NCBI GenBank assembly: GCA_965242965.1
Contig: OZ251518.1
Location: 4,416,001-4,480,000 of the forward strand
Direction of reading: 5' to 3'
Length of the DNA: 64,000 bases
DNA from: Candidatus Poribacteria bacterium
GTDB lineage: Bacteria > Poribacteria > WGA-4E > WGA-3G
Below the pieces are notes generated by a model. The model saw nothing but the letters and a program-made list of their open reading frames with translations, ran no database searches and was not told where the DNA came from. The position numbers were made by a program, and so were the translations under genes. This document shows, piece after piece, positions 62,979 through 64,000 of this stretch; the stretch's first letter is position 1, and each line of letters begins with the position of its first letter.

Positions 62979-63560
62979 CTATTCAAAAAGTTCTGCCACT
63001 TGACAGGCGAACCCTTCCACGACATCCTCACCGGTGAGCGTATCCCCGGGTCGGAGCAGCGTCATATCTGTCTCCGAACGATACACCGTGACGGTTTTTG
63101 CGATGGGTTCGATCACCCAGACGAGGCGTGTTCCTGCGTTCAGATAGATAAATGCCTTTTCGATGACACTATACAACTTATCCGATGGGGAGACTACCTC
63201 CACGGCGAGGTCTGGTGGTACTGGGGATGCTTTTCTCAGATCAGCGGGTATCCCTGCCGCTGAGAGAAAAGCGACATCCGGCCTGAGCACACGCTCGCCT
63301 ACCCGAAACCCCGCCTCTGCGAGAACCTTCCCTCCCAATCGATTTTCGCGTACGTGCACGAGCAGAAAACTACTGATATTCACGCAGATTTCAGCGTGTT
63401 CCAAGGACGTAGCGGACATGGGAATGAGTTCTCCTTTGACGTATTCATAATCGTCTAAGTCGCTGTCCAAGAATTCCTCCAACGTCATTGTGGTGGGCAA
63501 TGGCGCGGGAATTTCTGGCGGCCATCCGTGCGCCTCTATTGGATTCACCATCACATGCAT
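62979..63560 (-). CDS. Uma2 family endonuclease-like protein
   Basis: YEYVKGEL, PDVAF, PDLAVEVVSP; paralogue of the 36200 and 36834 genes. Confidence 0.9.
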   Translation of the reverse strand: MHVMVNPIEAHGWPPEIPAPLPTTMTLEEFLDSDLDDYEYVKGELIPMSATSLEHAEICVNISSFLLVHVRENRLGGKVLAEAGFRVGERVLRPDVAFLSAAGIPADLRKASPVPPDLAVEVVSPSDKLYSVIEKAFIYLNAGTRLVWVIEPIAKTVTVYRSETDMTLLRPGDTLTGEDVVEGFACQVAELFE

Positions 63561-63639
63561 CCTCCGTTTGCGATATCAATTTTTCGGTGATTTATGTCCT
63601 ACAATTAATGATACCATGTCCGGCGCGTATTTGCAAGTC

Positions 63640-64000
63640 TTATCGGTAAAACGCGCGGTTCAGTTCCTTGTCCGCATCGCTGATGCCAAAATTCTCGTCC
63701 TCCATCTCCGAGAGGTTAACGTAGAGCTGATTCTTATCCAGCAGCTCCATCAACAGCGACTGCTGCTTTTTCACGTCGCCGATGGCGATGAAATCATCTA
63801 TCGCATCTTCAGGCACTTCGGGATTGATATACCAATTGAGGAATGACCCCCCCTTGCCATTTCGCGCCAGAGAACCACGAGTTCGTCGCTAGTGCGCGCC
63901 GCTTGGATGCGTTCCACGAAAGCGGCGTTATAGGGCATCAGTTCACAGAAAATGAAATCGCCACCATCCTGCCAATTGACAGATTGAGAAATGCCACCTT
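63640..64000 (-). pseudogene. 3' end of a type III-like (Mod) DNA methyltransferase, 5'-partial, frameshifted at a G7 tract
   Basis: GGISQSVNWQDGGDFIFCEL.. in one frame (stop at 63798) and SFLNWYIN..LLDKNQLYVNLSEMED..LNRAFYR in another. The switch is at C7 63847-63853 (plus strand). Confidence 0.7.

Overview
A gene-dense, GC-rich bacterial chromosomal window from a diderm organism (lolA, gmhA). The gene repertoire and a recurring C-terminal 'LTTxWxxxK'-like motif suggest Candidatus Poribacteria (inference). Core content: sulfatase, oxidoreductases, metH, lolA-pgsA-thpR-recA, a complete actinobacterial-order Pup-proteasome operon (arc-dop-pup-prcB-prcA-pafA), ppdK, rtcB, gmhA, ABC components, a DUF1592/DUF1552 pair, two tRNA-Asn genes, three DNA methyltransferase/RM genes and several Uma2/PD-(D/E)XK-like paralogues. 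The most striking non-gene signal is a pervasive set of GTAG-tagged palindromic REP-like repeats in several covarying families. These (i) fill intergenic clusters, (ii) are packaged inside a MITE-like shell with 15-bp terminal inverted repeats and an 8-bp target duplication (two copies), (iii) are inserted in frame in at least three protein genes and (iv) supply stop codons. Two genes are broken exactly at 7-base G/C homopolymers (a large lamin-tail protein and a type III Mod-like methyltransferase) and one lamin-tail gene carries an in-frame amber codon. Sequencing error has to be excluded for these.
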